DNA of 46,943 bases, from assembly GCA_029864735.1 (NCBI GenBank), contig JAOTSW010000002.1, positions 1-46,943 on the forward strand, written 5' to 3'. The notes beneath the pieces were generated by a model. It did no database searches. It saw only the letters and a list, made by a program, of their open reading frames with translations, and was not told the DNA's origin. Positions 8,130-17,951 of this stretch are shown here, in pieces. A program made the position numbers and the translations under genes. Positions within the stretch are counted from its first letter, which is position 1. Every line of letters begins with the position of its first letter. The DNA is from Chromatiales bacterium. GTDB lineage: Bacteria; Pseudomonadota; Gammaproteobacteria; Steroidobacterales; BM003.

Positions 8130-9251
8130 TTATTGTCCGGCGAGTGGATCAGCCAACAAGGACACCTCATCGGGCAAGGCATCGAAAGAATCTTCCTGCA
8201 CGGGCCGCGTGTGGCGAACCACCGGCACCTGCTCCAGCACTGTCTGCACATCCTGGCTGTTCGCTGAAATTGGCAGCGGAATACCCATGGCCGACTCGAT
8301 TATCGCCCGGGCCTTGTCCCAGTCGATTTCCCGACTGGCCACCCGTGGGTCCTGCAGCAGGCGTCCCTGGATTTCTTCCCAGTGCCCCTGCCAGGTCTGG
8401 TCATCCTCGAATGGAGGATGGGCCTCCAGGTAAAGCTGCCCGCCAAATTCCGCGATCGAGATCGGCTCGTTAATTATTGTCACCGCTGCCCCAACAGGCA
8501 CCCGGGGAAACAGGCTTTCTATGTCCTCGGGATACAACCTGACGCAGCCATGACTCACCCGCATTCCCACGCCGTAGGGCTTGTTGGTGCCATGTATCAG
8601 GTATCCGGGTATGTCCAGGACAATGGCGTAACCGCCCAGGGGATTATCCGGTCCCGGGCCAACCCGTCGCGGCAACGGATCTCCCGCCTCGGCATGCTCA
8701 GCGCGTATTGATGCCGGCACGAACCACACGGGATCCTTCGCCTTGGCCCTGACCTTCGCCCGTCCGGTGGGCGTCGCCCAACCTTCCCTACCCACTCCGA
8801 TTGCAAAGGTGTCCACCAGGACTCCCTGCTCGTCAAAGTGGAACAGTCGGCGACTCGCAACATTCAACACCAGGCCTTCACGGCGTCCTGGCAGGATCAT
8901 CCGCGTGGGGAGCAATACCCGGCTGCCCTCACCAGGCAACCAGGGATCGACACCGGGATTGGCCTGGCGTATCTCGTCAAAGCCCAGGCCATGCTGCCTG
9001 GCTATCTCCGGCAAGGTGTCTTCGTGATAGGCAATTATCCACTGCAAGGATCCGACCATGGGCCCATCGGCAGGCATCGACTCCAGGCGGCGCAGATCGA
9101 TAGGCTCCCTGGACTCAGTAATAACAACCAGGGCCGGCGACGGCTCAGCCTCTACCAGGGTCTCGTCTTGAGCGGCGTCCGGCTGCAATAACGCGCAAGC
9201 GGAATTGAGAAGGCAGCCGAGGGTGAGTAGCGCTGACTTGGACAGGGACAT
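8130..9251 (-). CDS. L,D-transpeptidase (YkuD domain) with LysM domain, exported
   Basis: The catalytic motif is HGTNKPYGVGMRVSHGCVRLYPEDI. A LysM-like segment reads YHEDTLPEIARQHGLGFDEIRQANPGV. The N-terminal signal sequence is MSLSKSALLTLGCLLNSAC. Confidence 0.9.
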   Translation of the reverse strand: MSLSKSALLTLGCLLNSACALLQPDAAQDETLVEAEPSPALVVITESREPIDLRRLESMPADGPMVGSLQWIIAYHEDTLPEIARQHGLGFDEIRQANPGVDPWLPGEGSRVLLPTRMILPGRREGLVLNVASRRLFHFDEQGVLVDTFAIGVGREGWATPTGRAKVRAKAKDPVWFVPASIRAEHAEAGDPLPRRVGPGPDNPLGGYAIVLDIPGYLIHGTNKPYGVGMRVSHGCVRLYPEDIESLFPRVPVGAAVTIINEPISIAEFGGQLYLEAHPPFEDDQTWQGHWEEIQGRLLQDPRVASREIDWDKARAIIESAMGIPLPISANSQDVQTVLEQVPVVRHTRPVQEDSFDALPDEVSLLADPLAGQ

Positions 9252-9296
9252 GGGGAATAGAGTAGCAAGGCGGCTCAGGCTGGCACAAAGCCGGCA

Positions 9297-10310
9297 CTAG
9301 CGTCGCTTTGCCACCGCGTCTTCCAAGCCAACATTGTTCTTGGCAAAAGCCTGGTCCGCACGGTAACTGGAGCGAACCAGCGGTCCGGAAACCACCTCCA
9401 TGAAGCCCATCTCCAGCCCCCATTGCCGGTAGGTCTCGAACTCGGCGGGAGTGACGAAGCGTTCTACCGCAAGATGGTTCGGCGTCGGCCTCAGGTACTG
9501 TCCAAAAGTGACGATGTCCACGCCGGCGGCAGAGCAGTCTTCCAATGCCTGGCGAATTTCCTCTTCGGTCTCACCCAGGCCCAGCATCAGGCTGGTCTTG
9601 GTGGTGACATTCGGGCGGAACCGCTTGGCATGAGCCAGCACGGCCAGGGTTTTATCGTAACCGGCCCGGGGATCCCTCACCGGATGAGTCAGGCGGCGCA
9701 CTGTTTCCAGGTTCTGGGCAAACACATCCAGGCCCGAGTCCACCACCACCTCCACGTCCGGAAGGTGTCCATCGAAGTCCGGCGTCAACGCTTCTACAGC
9801 CGTCTCGGGATTCAGCCTCTTGATGGCTCTTACGCAAGCCGCATAGTGGGCTGCTCCGCCGTCATCAAGGTCATCTCGGTCCACCGAGGTAACCACCACA
9901 TATTTCAGGCCCATGATCTGCACTGACCTGGCGGAATTCTCCGGCTCTTCGGAATCCAGCCAACCCCTGGGGTTGCCGGTGTCCACCGCACAGAAGCGGC
10001 AGGCCCGGGTGCATACCGAACCCATCACCATGATGGTCGCGGTGCCGCCATTCCAGCATTCACCGATATTCGGGCACATGGATTCTTCGCAAACCGTGGA
10101 AAGCTTGTTCTCACGCACATTCCTGCGCACCGCTTCAAAGCCCTTGCCTGCAGGCATAGGCGCGCGCAGCCAGTCCGGCTTGCGCTGCCTGGCTCCGGCC
10201 GCCGTCTCGCCACGGTTTTTCTGGCCGTGCTTGATAGCGGTCACGCCAGTTTCGGGATTGGTAAACTTTGTACCCGCCTTAACTACGGGTATCCCCTTGA
10301 ATTCGCTCAA
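9297..10310 (-). CDS. lipA: lipoyl synthase
   Basis: The N-terminal cluster motif is [12 protein letters not shown]. The radical-SAM motif is CTRACRFC. Length and layout are typical of LipA. Confidence 0.97.
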   Translation of the reverse strand: MSEFKGIPVVKAGTKFTNPETGVTAIKHGQKNRGETAAGARQRKPDWLRAPMPAGKGFEAVRRNVRENKLSTVCEESMCPNIGECWNGGTATIMVMGSVCTRACRFCAVDTGNPRGWLDSEEPENSARSVQIMGLKYVVVTSVDRDDLDDGGAAHYAACVRAIKRLNPETAVEALTPDFDGHLPDVEVVVDSGLDVFAQNLETVRRLTHPVRDPRAGYDKTLAVLAHAKRFRPNVTTKTSLMLGLGETEEEIRQALEDCSAAGVDIVTFGQYLRPTPNHLAVERFVTPAEFETYRQWGLEMGFMEVVSGPLVRSSYRADQAFAKNNVGLEDAVAKRR

Positions 10311-10553
10311 TTTATCTATCCTGGTAAAGATTGTGCGCTGGGCCTCGAAAAAGAGATTGTCTCACAGGCTGACGGTAAGTCCCAAGCATCACCAACCCCT
10401 CCGGTACACCTTCGCATCAAGCCCTCCCTCCCATTGCCGGGAACCCGGAGACAAAAGACCCGCTAATTGGCAAAAGTCAGGCGCGATTTGCTCACATTCA
10501 CAGGCAGTTTCGCTTAAGCTTCCCGAATTATTTGATTGTCACAGGATTGAACC

Positions 10554-12017
10554 ATGACAAAGAACCGGATCAGCACCCTCCTGGGAATGCTCCTGATGGT
10601 CGCCAGCCTCTCCGGTTATGGCGCCAATGACGCTATTCGCCAGACCCTATTCGGTGACGCCGACCAGGCACGCCAGGCCGCCATCGCTGCTGACGCGGCG
10701 TTGCTGGCACCCCGCAGTTTCGAACGTGCCACCAAGTCCTACCAAAGCGCCGAGAAGAAGCTGGAAAGAGGCATGAAGGTAGACCGCATTCGTCGTGACC
10801 TGGATGGCGCCATCCAGGAATACCGCAAGGCGGTCACCGCCTCCGAGCTGGCAAAAATCACCTTTGGCAACATGATCAAGGGGCGCAACGATGCCCTGGC
10901 CGCGGGTGCGGACAAGCTCGCCGGTGACTTGTGGAGTCGCGCCGAGCGGGACTTTGAACGCGCCGCGGTGGAGCTGGAAGTTGGCGACCTGCGGGCCGCG
11001 CGCAAGCGGGCCGAAACCGCAGAGAACAATTTCCGCGATGCCGAACTGCAGGCTATCAAGACCTCCATGCTCAGCGAAACCCGTTCGCTGATCCAGCGCG
11101 CGGAAGAACGCCGGGCGGATCGTTACGCCCCCAAGACCTTCCAAAAGGCCCAGGTGCTACTGGTACAGGCTGAACGTGAACTGGATGAAAATCGCTACGA
11201 TGCCGACCTGCCACGCTCGCTGGTCCGGGAGGCGCGCTACGAAGCCTTGCACGCCATCTACCTGGCCGGCTATTTACGCGACGCTCGCGACCGGGATCTC
11301 TCAAGCGAGGACCTGGTGCTGGAATGGGAGCGCCCGATACACGAGATCGCCGCTGCCGGTGACCTGGTAGCCAGGCTGGACGATGGCTATGCCAGGTCGA
11401 CCGCAGAGATCATCAAGTACATCGAGGACATGCGTATCCTCAATCAATCGCTGGAGCAGGACTTGCTTGAGCGTGAGCAGCAGATGATGGCCATGAGCCA
11501 GGAAATCGAAGAACTGGATCAGCGCCTGGGTGGCGCCCGGGAAGAGCGCATGGCCCTGGCCCAGCAACTGGCTAGCCAGGAAAGGGTGCGCGAGCAGCTC
11601 AAACAGGTTGAAGGCATGTTCACCCGCGCCGAGGCACTGGTGTTCCGCGACGGCAATGATATTTACCTGCGGCTGGTGGGCCTGAATTTCGATGTTGGCC
11701 GCGCCGAAATCTCGCCAATCAACTACGCCCTGCTAGGAAAGGTTCAAGATGCCCTGCGTGTATTCCCCGAAGCCGCACTGGTAGTGGAAGGCCATACCGA
11801 CTCGCATGGCAGCAACGACTCAAACCTCACCCTTTCCCAGGAACGGGCAACAGCGGTCAGGGGCTATTTGCTGAACAGCATGCGCTTGGACCCGGCGATA
11901 ATTTCAGCGGTTGGTTATGGCGAAACCCAGCCGGTGGCCAACAACGAAACCCCGGAAGGCAGGCTTCGTAACCGGCGCATCGATATCCGGATTCGTCCGG
12001 CTGCCGACATTCGCTAG
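10554..12017 (+). CDS. OmpA-family protein with long helical (DUF4398-like repeat / coiled-coil) N-terminal region
   Basis: The protein has a signal peptide (LLGMLLMVASLSGYG). It has repeated helical P(R/K)xFxxA...AE motifs. The C-terminal OmpA_C peptidoglycan-binding module reads EGHTDSHGSNDSNLTLSQERATAVRGYL...GYGETQPVANNETPEGRLRNRRIDIRI. Confidence 0.9.
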   Translation: MTKNRISTLLGMLLMVASLSGYGANDAIRQTLFGDADQARQAAIAADAALLAPRSFERATKSYQSAEKKLERGMKVDRIRRDLDGAIQEYRKAVTASELAKITFGNMIKGRNDALAAGADKLAGDLWSRAERDFERAAVELEVGDLRAARKRAETAENNFRDAELQAIKTSMLSETRSLIQRAEERRADRYAPKTFQKAQVLLVQAERELDENRYDADLPRSLVREARYEALHAIYLAGYLRDARDRDLSSEDLVLEWERPIHEIAAAGDLVARLDDGYARSTAEIIKYIEDMRILNQSLEQDLLEREQQMMAMSQEIEELDQRLGGAREERMALAQQLASQERVREQLKQVEGMFTRAEALVFRDGNDIYLRLVGLNFDVGRAEISPINYALLGKVQDALRVFPEAALVVEGHTDSHGSNDSNLTLSQERATAVRGYLLNSMRLDPAIISAVGYGETQPVANNETPEGRLRNRRIDIRIRPAADIR

Positions 12018-12021
12018 AAAC

Positions 12022-13455
12022 TCATACTTCCAGCGATAGCTGATCTGGATTTGGCCGGTCATCACCGGTCAGATCCAGAACATCCAGGTCCTTGCCCCCA
12101 CGCAGGAAGCGATCAAGAATCTTGTAGCAGTCCGGGTCAAAGACTTTTTCCCGTCCGGGTTCCAGCATATCCCAGAGCTGGCTGGTCGAGGCTGCGGTAC
12201 CCAGGTAACACCAATCGTCGAAGACGTGAATGTCGTTGCGGCCTCCCCATCCCCGTTCACGAATCCCCACCGGACCGGAAAACGGCCACGCCCTGATACT
12301 CTGGCTCATCAATGCAGACACCAGCCGCAAATTGTGCGCCTGCACCGACTCTTCTCCCGTGCAGGCGCCCCGGCAACGATGCAACTGGCGAGAGAAACAC
12401 GGTCCACTGCGGTGAGCCTCAAGACCCAGCAGGCGTGGGCACAGGCCCTGTTCTTTTGCAATAGCATCCAGTCGTGACCGGGCTTCCTTGCGGCTGCGAA
12501 ACATCCCGTAAAGCCTCTCATCCAGGGGCTCCGGTAAACAGCCCAATTCCACCAGTTCAACCTGCACCCGGCCCTCGCCGCCCACCCGGTAAGCGAACAA
12601 GGCTTGCTCACGCCTGAGCTTCCGGTTAAACAGCGGCTGTCGCTGCTTGACCAGGCTGGACTCCAGCAGCAAGGCCCCCAACTCCCCGGCGGTCTCCTGC
12701 CAGTCAAGCCGACTCAACTGCTGGGCCATGCGCATCTCTTTCGAGGAACGGTGATCCGATGAAAAATGCGACATCACCCTGGAGCGCAAATTGATGCTCT
12801 TGCCCACATACAGCAAGGCGTCGTTTTCGCCGTAAAACAGGTAGACGCCGGGTCGCGTTGGGACCTGGTCAAGGATTTGTGGGTCCAGGCCCACCGGCGT
12901 TGCCGGTCGCTTGAGCAAGTCCGCCACGGTTTTTTCTATGGTGCTGGCCGGAACGTCCCGATGTATCTGCTGCAGGAAATCCCATAGCACCCGGGCGTCG
13001 GCCAGGGCGCGGTGACGGTCTTCGCAACCCAGGCCATGGCGTTTCATGATGGCATCGAGGTTGTGTCGGCGGTGATGAGGATACAGCGCCCGAGACAGCT
13101 TCACGGTACACAGGACTTTTTCCTGGAAGGCCATCCCGGCGCGACGAAATTCATTTTTCAAAAAGCTGTAATCGAAGCGTGCGTTATGGGCCACAAACAA
13201 GTGACCACGCAATCGTTGCAGCACTTCTTCGCCCAGCCTGGCGAAGGTGGGCGCCGCCTCAACCATGTCAGTGGTAATGCCGGTCAGCCGCTCGATGGCC
13301 GGGGGAATGCTCTGCTCGGGGTTCACCAGGCTGCTCCACTGCTCCACCACCTGGCCGTTTTCCACTCGCACGATGCCAATTTCCGTTACCCGGCAGCGGT
13401 TGGCATTTGTGCCGGTGGTTTCAACGTCCACGAAGGCAATGCGTTCTGCGATCAA
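12022..13455 (-). CDS. DnaQ-like 3'-5' exonuclease fused to a GIY-YIG (UvrC-N/Cho-like) nuclease domain
   Basis: The N-terminal DEDDh exonuclease shows FVDVETTGTN...LFVAHNARFDYSFL...HRALADA. The central GIY-YIG module reads PGVYLFYGENDALLYVGKSINLRSRVMSHF. Confidence 0.88.
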   Translation of the reverse strand: MIAERIAFVDVETTGTNANRCRVTEIGIVRVENGQVVEQWSSLVNPEQSIPPAIERLTGITTDMVEAAPTFARLGEEVLQRLRGHLFVAHNARFDYSFLKNEFRRAGMAFQEKVLCTVKLSRALYPHHRRHNLDAIMKRHGLGCEDRHRALADARVLWDFLQQIHRDVPASTIEKTVADLLKRPATPVGLDPQILDQVPTRPGVYLFYGENDALLYVGKSINLRSRVMSHFSSDHRSSKEMRMAQQLSRLDWQETAGELGALLLESSLVKQRQPLFNRKLRREQALFAYRVGGEGRVQVELVELGCLPEPLDERLYGMFRSRKEARSRLDAIAKEQGLCPRLLGLEAHRSGPCFSRQLHRCRGACTGEESVQAHNLRLVSALMSQSIRAWPFSGPVGIRERGWGGRNDIHVFDDWCYLGTAASTSQLWDMLEPGREKVFDPDCYKILDRFLRGGKDLDVLDLTGDDRPNPDQLSLEV

Positions 13456-14168
13456 TCCCTGCGCTCCCCTGGTCGCCCCAGCTTGATCGAGAGTTCCTCC
13501 AGATCGGAAACAATCATCCGGGGCGGCGGAGATTCAGGCTGCCAGTTTTCACCCCTGCGATTGACCCACGCCGCCTGCATACCTGCCTGGTGGGCGCCAT
13601 GCACATCGGTGTGCGGATCGTCTCCCACGTGCAAGACCCTGGCATGAGGAACCCCGGTGCGCTCCACCGCCACATCAAAAATCTCCCGTTCGGGCTTGGC
13701 GACGCCGATCTGCCTGGCCTGGACACTGGCTACAAAATACTGACCCAGCCCCACCCTGTTCAGATCAGCATTGCCATTGGTCACCGCCACCAGCGGGAAA
13801 CGTGCGCTCAGCCAATCCAGGGCGGGCAATACGTCCTGGTAAAACTCCACCCGATTACGTTCCGAAAAGAATACCTGGTACGCCTGTTCCGCCACCTCGG
13901 GTGGATGACCCGCCTGCCTGGTGATCTCACCCAGAAGATTTCGGCGCACGAAGCTCATGTCGTGCTTCTGCTCGGGAAATCGCTCCAGGATTTGCGCCAG
14001 GCGCTGACGCAATGTCCTCCGGGGAAAACGCCTGGAAATGTCGGGGTAATTTTCCTGAAGCCAGTCAAGCATGGCCCGCTCCGCCCGCTGGATGACCGGC
14101 AACACGGGCCAAAGCGTGTCATCCAGATCCAGGCATATGGCCTCGATAGGCTGTTCCGCGGCCGTCAT
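13452..14168 (-). CDS. HAD-IA family hydrolase
   Basis: The HAD motifs are ICLDLDDTLW (motif I, DxD), VAVTNG (motif II) and HVGDDPHTDVHGAHQAGM (motif IV). Its stop codon overlaps the start of the exonuclease gene (ATGA). Confidence 0.85.
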   Translation of the reverse strand: MTAAEQPIEAICLDLDDTLWPVLPVIQRAERAMLDWLQENYPDISRRFPRRTLRQRLAQILERFPEQKHDMSFVRRNLLGEITRQAGHPPEVAEQAYQVFFSERNRVEFYQDVLPALDWLSARFPLVAVTNGNADLNRVGLGQYFVASVQARQIGVAKPEREIFDVAVERTGVPHARVLHVGDDPHTDVHGAHQAGMQAAWVNRRGENWQPESPPPRMIVSDLEELSIKLGRPGERRD

Positions 14169-14277
14169 GATTGAGTCCTTGGCATAAACCGATTCTAGCC
14201 TGTCCCGTAGGCAATCACACCGCCGATGCGCCTTGGGTTATGCTCGGCATGGAATTTTTTCGAGAGATAAGGCGATC

Positions 14278-15024
14278 ATGCCAAGCGGTTCCATATCTGC
14301 CGAGTTTGTGGCCCACAGGGGCGCTGCATCCAACTGTCCGGAAAACACCCTGCCCGCCATCCAGACTGCCCTGGACAGTGGATTGCACTGGCTGGAAATA
14401 GATATCCAGTTCAGCGCGGACGGGATACCGGTGGTGATCCACGACGAGGACTTGCTGCGCACGGCTGGAGAAATTGGACTGGTCCGGGATATGAGCAGCG
14501 CAGACCTTGCCCGGGTGTCGGTCCATGAGCAAGCGCGCCTGGGCAGGGCATTTTACCCGACCCCGCCTCCCCTTCTTCGCGATGCCGCGGCCCTTTTGCT
14601 GCCTTATCCCCGGGCGCGGATGTTCGTGGAGGTTCGGGTAAAGGGCATCCGATTCATGGGTCGGTCGCGGGCAATGCGGACGGTCGACAAGGCGCTGGGG
14701 GACCGCGCATCTCAATGCATCATCCTGTCTTACGACACCGAAATCCTGGAGCTGGCCCGCAGCGAATACGGATACTCCATAGGCTGGGTACTCAGCGATT
14801 ACAGCGAGGCGACTCGCCATACGGCGGAAAATCTTGACGCCGATTTCCTGTTTGCCGACATCCTGGACGTGCCGGCCACAGAGAATTTGTTCAACGGCCC
14901 ATGGAAATGGGCCGTATACGAGGTCAGCAGCGCCAGGGAAGCGCTGGATTGGGCCTCCCGGGGCGCGGGGCTAATCGAAAGTTTTCAGGCCTGCGAACTG
15001 GCGGCCAGCTTTGGGCGGGGCTAA
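14278..15024 (+). CDS. glycerophosphodiester phosphodiesterase family protein
   Basis: The sequence FVAHRGAASNCPENTLPAIQTALDSGLHWLEIDIQFSADGIPVVIHDEDL carries the GDPD HRG...ENT...E-D-H signature. I chose the ATG at 14278 over the longer ORF start at 14233. Confidence 0.88.
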   Translation: MPSGSISAEFVAHRGAASNCPENTLPAIQTALDSGLHWLEIDIQFSADGIPVVIHDEDLLRTAGEIGLVRDMSSADLARVSVHEQARLGRAFYPTPPPLLRDAAALLLPYPRARMFVEVRVKGIRFMGRSRAMRTVDKALGDRASQCIILSYDTEILELARSEYGYSIGWVLSDYSEATRHTAENLDADFLFADILDVPATENLFNGPWKWAVYEVSSAREALDWASRGAGLIESFQACELAASFGRG

Positions 15025-15029
15025 CTGCG

Positions 15030-15746
15030 CTACCAGGGCAGGGTCTTGCCCTGGTAACTCTTGAAACATCCCGTTTGTCCAGGCTTTAGCGACTCGATAA
15101 CCCCGCGCATTCCGGACACGCTGGTCTGGGGAGTAATGTCCGCATCCGGCCCGCCCATGTCCGTGCTGACCCAGCCCGGATGCAATAGCGCCACTATGAT
15201 GCCTTTCTCCGCCAGGTCCAGTGACAGGGAGCGCATCAGGCAATTCACCGCCGCCTTGCTGGAACGGTAGGAGTAACTTCCACCCGTTGAGTTCAAGCCA
15301 ATGGATCCCATATCGCTGCTGATGGTGACCAGCTTTCCCTGTTCTGTCGAGGCCAGGTGATCCACAAAAGCCTCGGCCATTTTCATGGGCGCGAATGCGT
15401 TGACTCGGAACACTTTCTCCCAATCTTCAAAATCGCTCTTGCCAAACGCCTTATCGTAAACGGCAGCCGCGTATCCACCCTTGGTATAAACGCCGGCATT
15501 ATTCAGCAGCAGGTCAATGGGCTCACTTGAAAGCTCATCGGCCAGGGCATCCACGGCGGAGAAGTCGCACAGGTCCAACCGGTGCACCACCACCTGGCCC
15601 TTTGCACCCTCGGCCAATTCGGCCAGGTCCGACGCAATCGAGGGATTTCGGCAACAGGCGTGCACTCTCCAGCCATCAGCCGCATATTGCAGGGCAAACT
15701 CCAGACCGAGTCCGCGATTGGCCCCGGTGATTAACACGGTAGGCAT
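15030..15746 (-). CDS. SDR family NAD(P)-dependent oxidoreductase
   Basis: The glycine-rich motif is VLITGANRGLGLEF. The catalytic Y-x3-K is in YSYRSSKAAVN. The size (238 aa) is that of a classical SDR. Confidence 0.9.
   Translation of the reverse strand: MPTVLITGANRGLGLEFALQYAADGWRVHACCRNPSIASDLAELAEGAKGQVVVHRLDLCDFSAVDALADELSSEPIDLLLNNAGVYTKGGYAAAVYDKAFGKSDFEDWEKVFRVNAFAPMKMAEAFVDHLASTEQGKLVTISSDMGSIGLNSTGGSYSYRSSKAAVNCLMRSLSLDLAEKGIIVALLHPGWVSTDMGGPDADITPQTSVSGMRGVIESLKPGQTGCFKSYQGKTLPW
15031..15056. other. 10-bp perfect inverted repeat at the convergent GDPD/SDR gene junction
   Basis: The sequence TACCAGGGCA-GGGTCT-TGCCCTGGTA starts 7 nt after the GDPD stop and overlaps the SDR stop codon and its last codons. 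There is no U-tract on either strand, so it is not a canonical intrinsic terminator. Confidence 0.4.
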
Positions 15747-15797
15747 AGCACTCCTCCTGTCACTCCGACCTGGGCCACATCAGGCAGGCCGTGGCTA

Positions 15798-16232
15798 TCA
15801 GCCGAACTGAACCTCAGCTTCCAGGTGAGATTCAGAAGTCAGTGAATTGGTAATCAGGCAGGCCTTCTCGGATTTTTCCAGCAACTTGATGGCTTTCGCC
15901 GGATCGGTCCCCTCAGGCACTGTCAGCACCGCTTTCACATCGAAACGGGTAAAACGCAGTGCACCGTCGACCTTGTCCAGAAAGCCACTCACATGGCAAT
16001 CAAGGAAAGTCCAGTCAAATCGGCTACCCCGAGCCACGGCCTTGAAGCTCAGGACAAAGCAATCGGCCACCGCCGCTGTAATAAAGTCCTCCGGCGACCA
16101 GACATCGCCGCTTCCGCCAAACTGGGCCGGCGGTCCACTGGCAATGTCGGGCAGACCCGGCGCGCTCACTGTCACGCCGCCGTTTTGACCGGAACTGGCG
16201 CTTACCTTGTACTCGTGAGGAAAATCACCCAT
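15798..16232 (-). CDS. OsmC/Ohr family protein
   Basis: The protein has OsmC-like size and two conserved Cys contexts (AAVADCFVLSF and SEKACLITNSL). The ATG at 16232 is preceded by GGAG at about 7 nt. The longer ORF reaches a GTG at 16271. Confidence 0.8.
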   Translation of the reverse strand: MGDFPHEYKVSASSGQNGGVTVSAPGLPDIASGPPAQFGGSGDVWSPEDFITAAVADCFVLSFKAVARGSRFDWTFLDCHVSGFLDKVDGALRFTRFDVKAVLTVPEGTDPAKAIKLLEKSEKACLITNSLTSESHLEAEVQFG

Positions 16233-16330
16233 TCGAACACTCCGGATCATATTGGAAGACAGTCTTGCCACAATGTAACGCCCACGGCGGTTACACCTAA
16301 TCCGGGATTACCCTGATGGCCGTCCGGGAA

Positions 16331-16918
16331 CTAATTTTCGCCGGCTTCCTGGATCACCTGGATTTTCTTGATGATCCGGACTTCACCTGCAGGGCCCTCT
16401 TCGGAGTCTTCATGAATGAACACCTTGCGCATGCCAGGCTCCATGAACTCCACACTCCGGGTGATGCCCGCGGCCTGCAGGGCACTGCGAATGGTTTCCC
16501 GGGTTTCCTCGTCAAGGGGTGTAGCGCTGGAAATGAAAAGGCCGTCAGAGCTCTGACCCATGATCACCTCGACCTCCATCTCGCTATCACCTTTCTCTAC
16601 CCAGGTGTGGCCTTCATCGGGGGCGGGCATCGCCGGTAACACTGTCTCGCTGCCGTCGCTGGCAATGATCACCACTGCGTCGTCACGCCTGGTCATTTGC
16701 ATTGTCTCACCTGCGGTGTTCGTTACCGTCCGGCTCTCACCTTCGGGCAACTCCGATGGCAGAAAATCCAGGTCCAGGACACCGACCTCGTCACCCAGGT
16801 CCAGCACCACGGCAACCTTGCGCTCCACCTGCTCAGCGGCAGGCAGAACCACGGACGTCAGCAGCGCCAGTGCGGCCGCAAACAGAATTCCAGTCATTTT
16901 TCTTGCAGTAGTAGTCAT
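16331..16918 (-). CDS. hypothetical secreted acidic protein
   Basis: The ATG at 16918 has GGAGG 5 nt upstream. The N-terminus MTTTARKMTGILFAAALALLTSVVLPAAEQ looks like a signal peptide. The mature part is rich in D and E, and I recognise no family in it. Confidence 0.6.
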   Translation of the reverse strand: MTTTARKMTGILFAAALALLTSVVLPAAEQVERKVAVVLDLGDEVGVLDLDFLPSELPEGESRTVTNTAGETMQMTRRDDAVVIIASDGSETVLPAMPAPDEGHTWVEKGDSEMEVEVIMGQSSDGLFISSATPLDEETRETIRSALQAAGITRSVEFMEPGMRKVFIHEDSEEGPAGEVRIIKKIQVIQEAGEN

Positions 16919-16960
16919 TCCGTCCTCCAATTCATTCCCGCATGCGCGTCCCGGCCCAGC

Positions 16961-17902
16961 TTATTCCGCCGGCCTCGTATAGCCCCGCAACCAGTTGGCA
17001 ATTTCAGTGCCGGCAACACGGCTTGCAAGATAGCCGTAGGAGCGATGCGGGTTCCATCCATCCTTGTCACGAAAAGCATTCTGCACACCGCTGGTGTGAT
17101 CGGAAATTCCCTGGGTTAACCCCAATTCAAGCATGGGCCTGTAATCCTCAGACATTTTCCGATTCAGGGCGATACAGTCACCATCGGCCGCAATATTGAC
17201 CCAGCGCCGTATTCCTTCTGGATAGCGCCCCATCTTGCCGTGACCGGCACCCAGCCTTCTGCTGCGCACGAAATGACTACCCAGGGGACTGCCAAGACTC
17301 ATGAATAAATCCACTTTCCAGGTATCGGCATACAAATGCGTGGATTCCCACAGCATATCAAAGCTCACGACCGAACCCAGGCTGTGACCAATCACCAACA
17401 GCGGACCTTTCGATTGCAGCGCCTGGAGCACCGTCTCGCGCACATGGGCACGAACCCTGTCCGCCTGGCGGCCGTGATTCTCGAAATACCTGAGCGCTTC
17501 CATCATGGTGTTCTTGATCTGGGGGTCGGGTATGCGCTGGGCCAGAAACGGAAACATATCGCCCATGATGAACATCAGCGTCATACGGCGGCGTTTTCGC
17601 AGAACCTCATCACCCGGGCCCGCTCCGTCCTCTGCCCGTAGCAATTCATCGATGGTCGACTGGGTATCCACCGCCGCGATCTGGTTCGGGTAAAACAGGG
17701 CGTTCCAGTCAGCCAGGGCAAATATTTCCGGCTGGGCCCTGAGCCAATGGTAGATATGCTCATCCGCCCTGCGGACCCCTTCCAGCAGGCATCGCCATAG
17801 CAAACGCCGATGGATGCCTGGCTCCGGCTTGGGATTCTGACCCGGCACAAAAACTATCCGGGGAGTGGCCGGCGCCGATGGCTGTGAACTGTCGTTCAAC
17901 AT
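16961..17902 (-). CDS. alpha/beta hydrolase fold protein (serine hydrolase, unknown substrate)
   Basis: The nucleophile elbow is LLVIGHSLGSVVSF (GxSxG). A downstream SLGSPLGS segment is seen in lipase/PGAP1-like hydrolases. I can make no more specific assignment. Confidence 0.7.
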   Translation of the reverse strand: MLNDSSQPSAPATPRIVFVPGQNPKPEPGIHRRLLWRCLLEGVRRADEHIYHWLRAQPEIFALADWNALFYPNQIAAVDTQSTIDELLRAEDGAGPGDEVLRKRRRMTLMFIMGDMFPFLAQRIPDPQIKNTMMEALRYFENHGRQADRVRAHVRETVLQALQSKGPLLVIGHSLGSVVSFDMLWESTHLYADTWKVDLFMSLGSPLGSHFVRSRRLGAGHGKMGRYPEGIRRWVNIAADGDCIALNRKMSEDYRPMLELGLTQGISDHTSGVQNAFRDKDGWNPHRSYGYLASRVAGTEIANWLRGYTRPAE

Positions 17903-17951
17903 TGACGATTAGAGCTGGCCGTATATCCCCGCTGTCGCGCCACGCTCACTG

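Noticed and set aside
13407-14820. Long alternative-strand ORFs lie opposite the HAD and GDPD genes: 13407-14174 on plus (255 aa) and 14215-14820 on minus (201 aa).
   Set aside because: Both are antisense to genes with clear catalytic motifs. Both are Arg/Pro/Gly-rich, as expected for antisense frames in GC-rich coding DNA.
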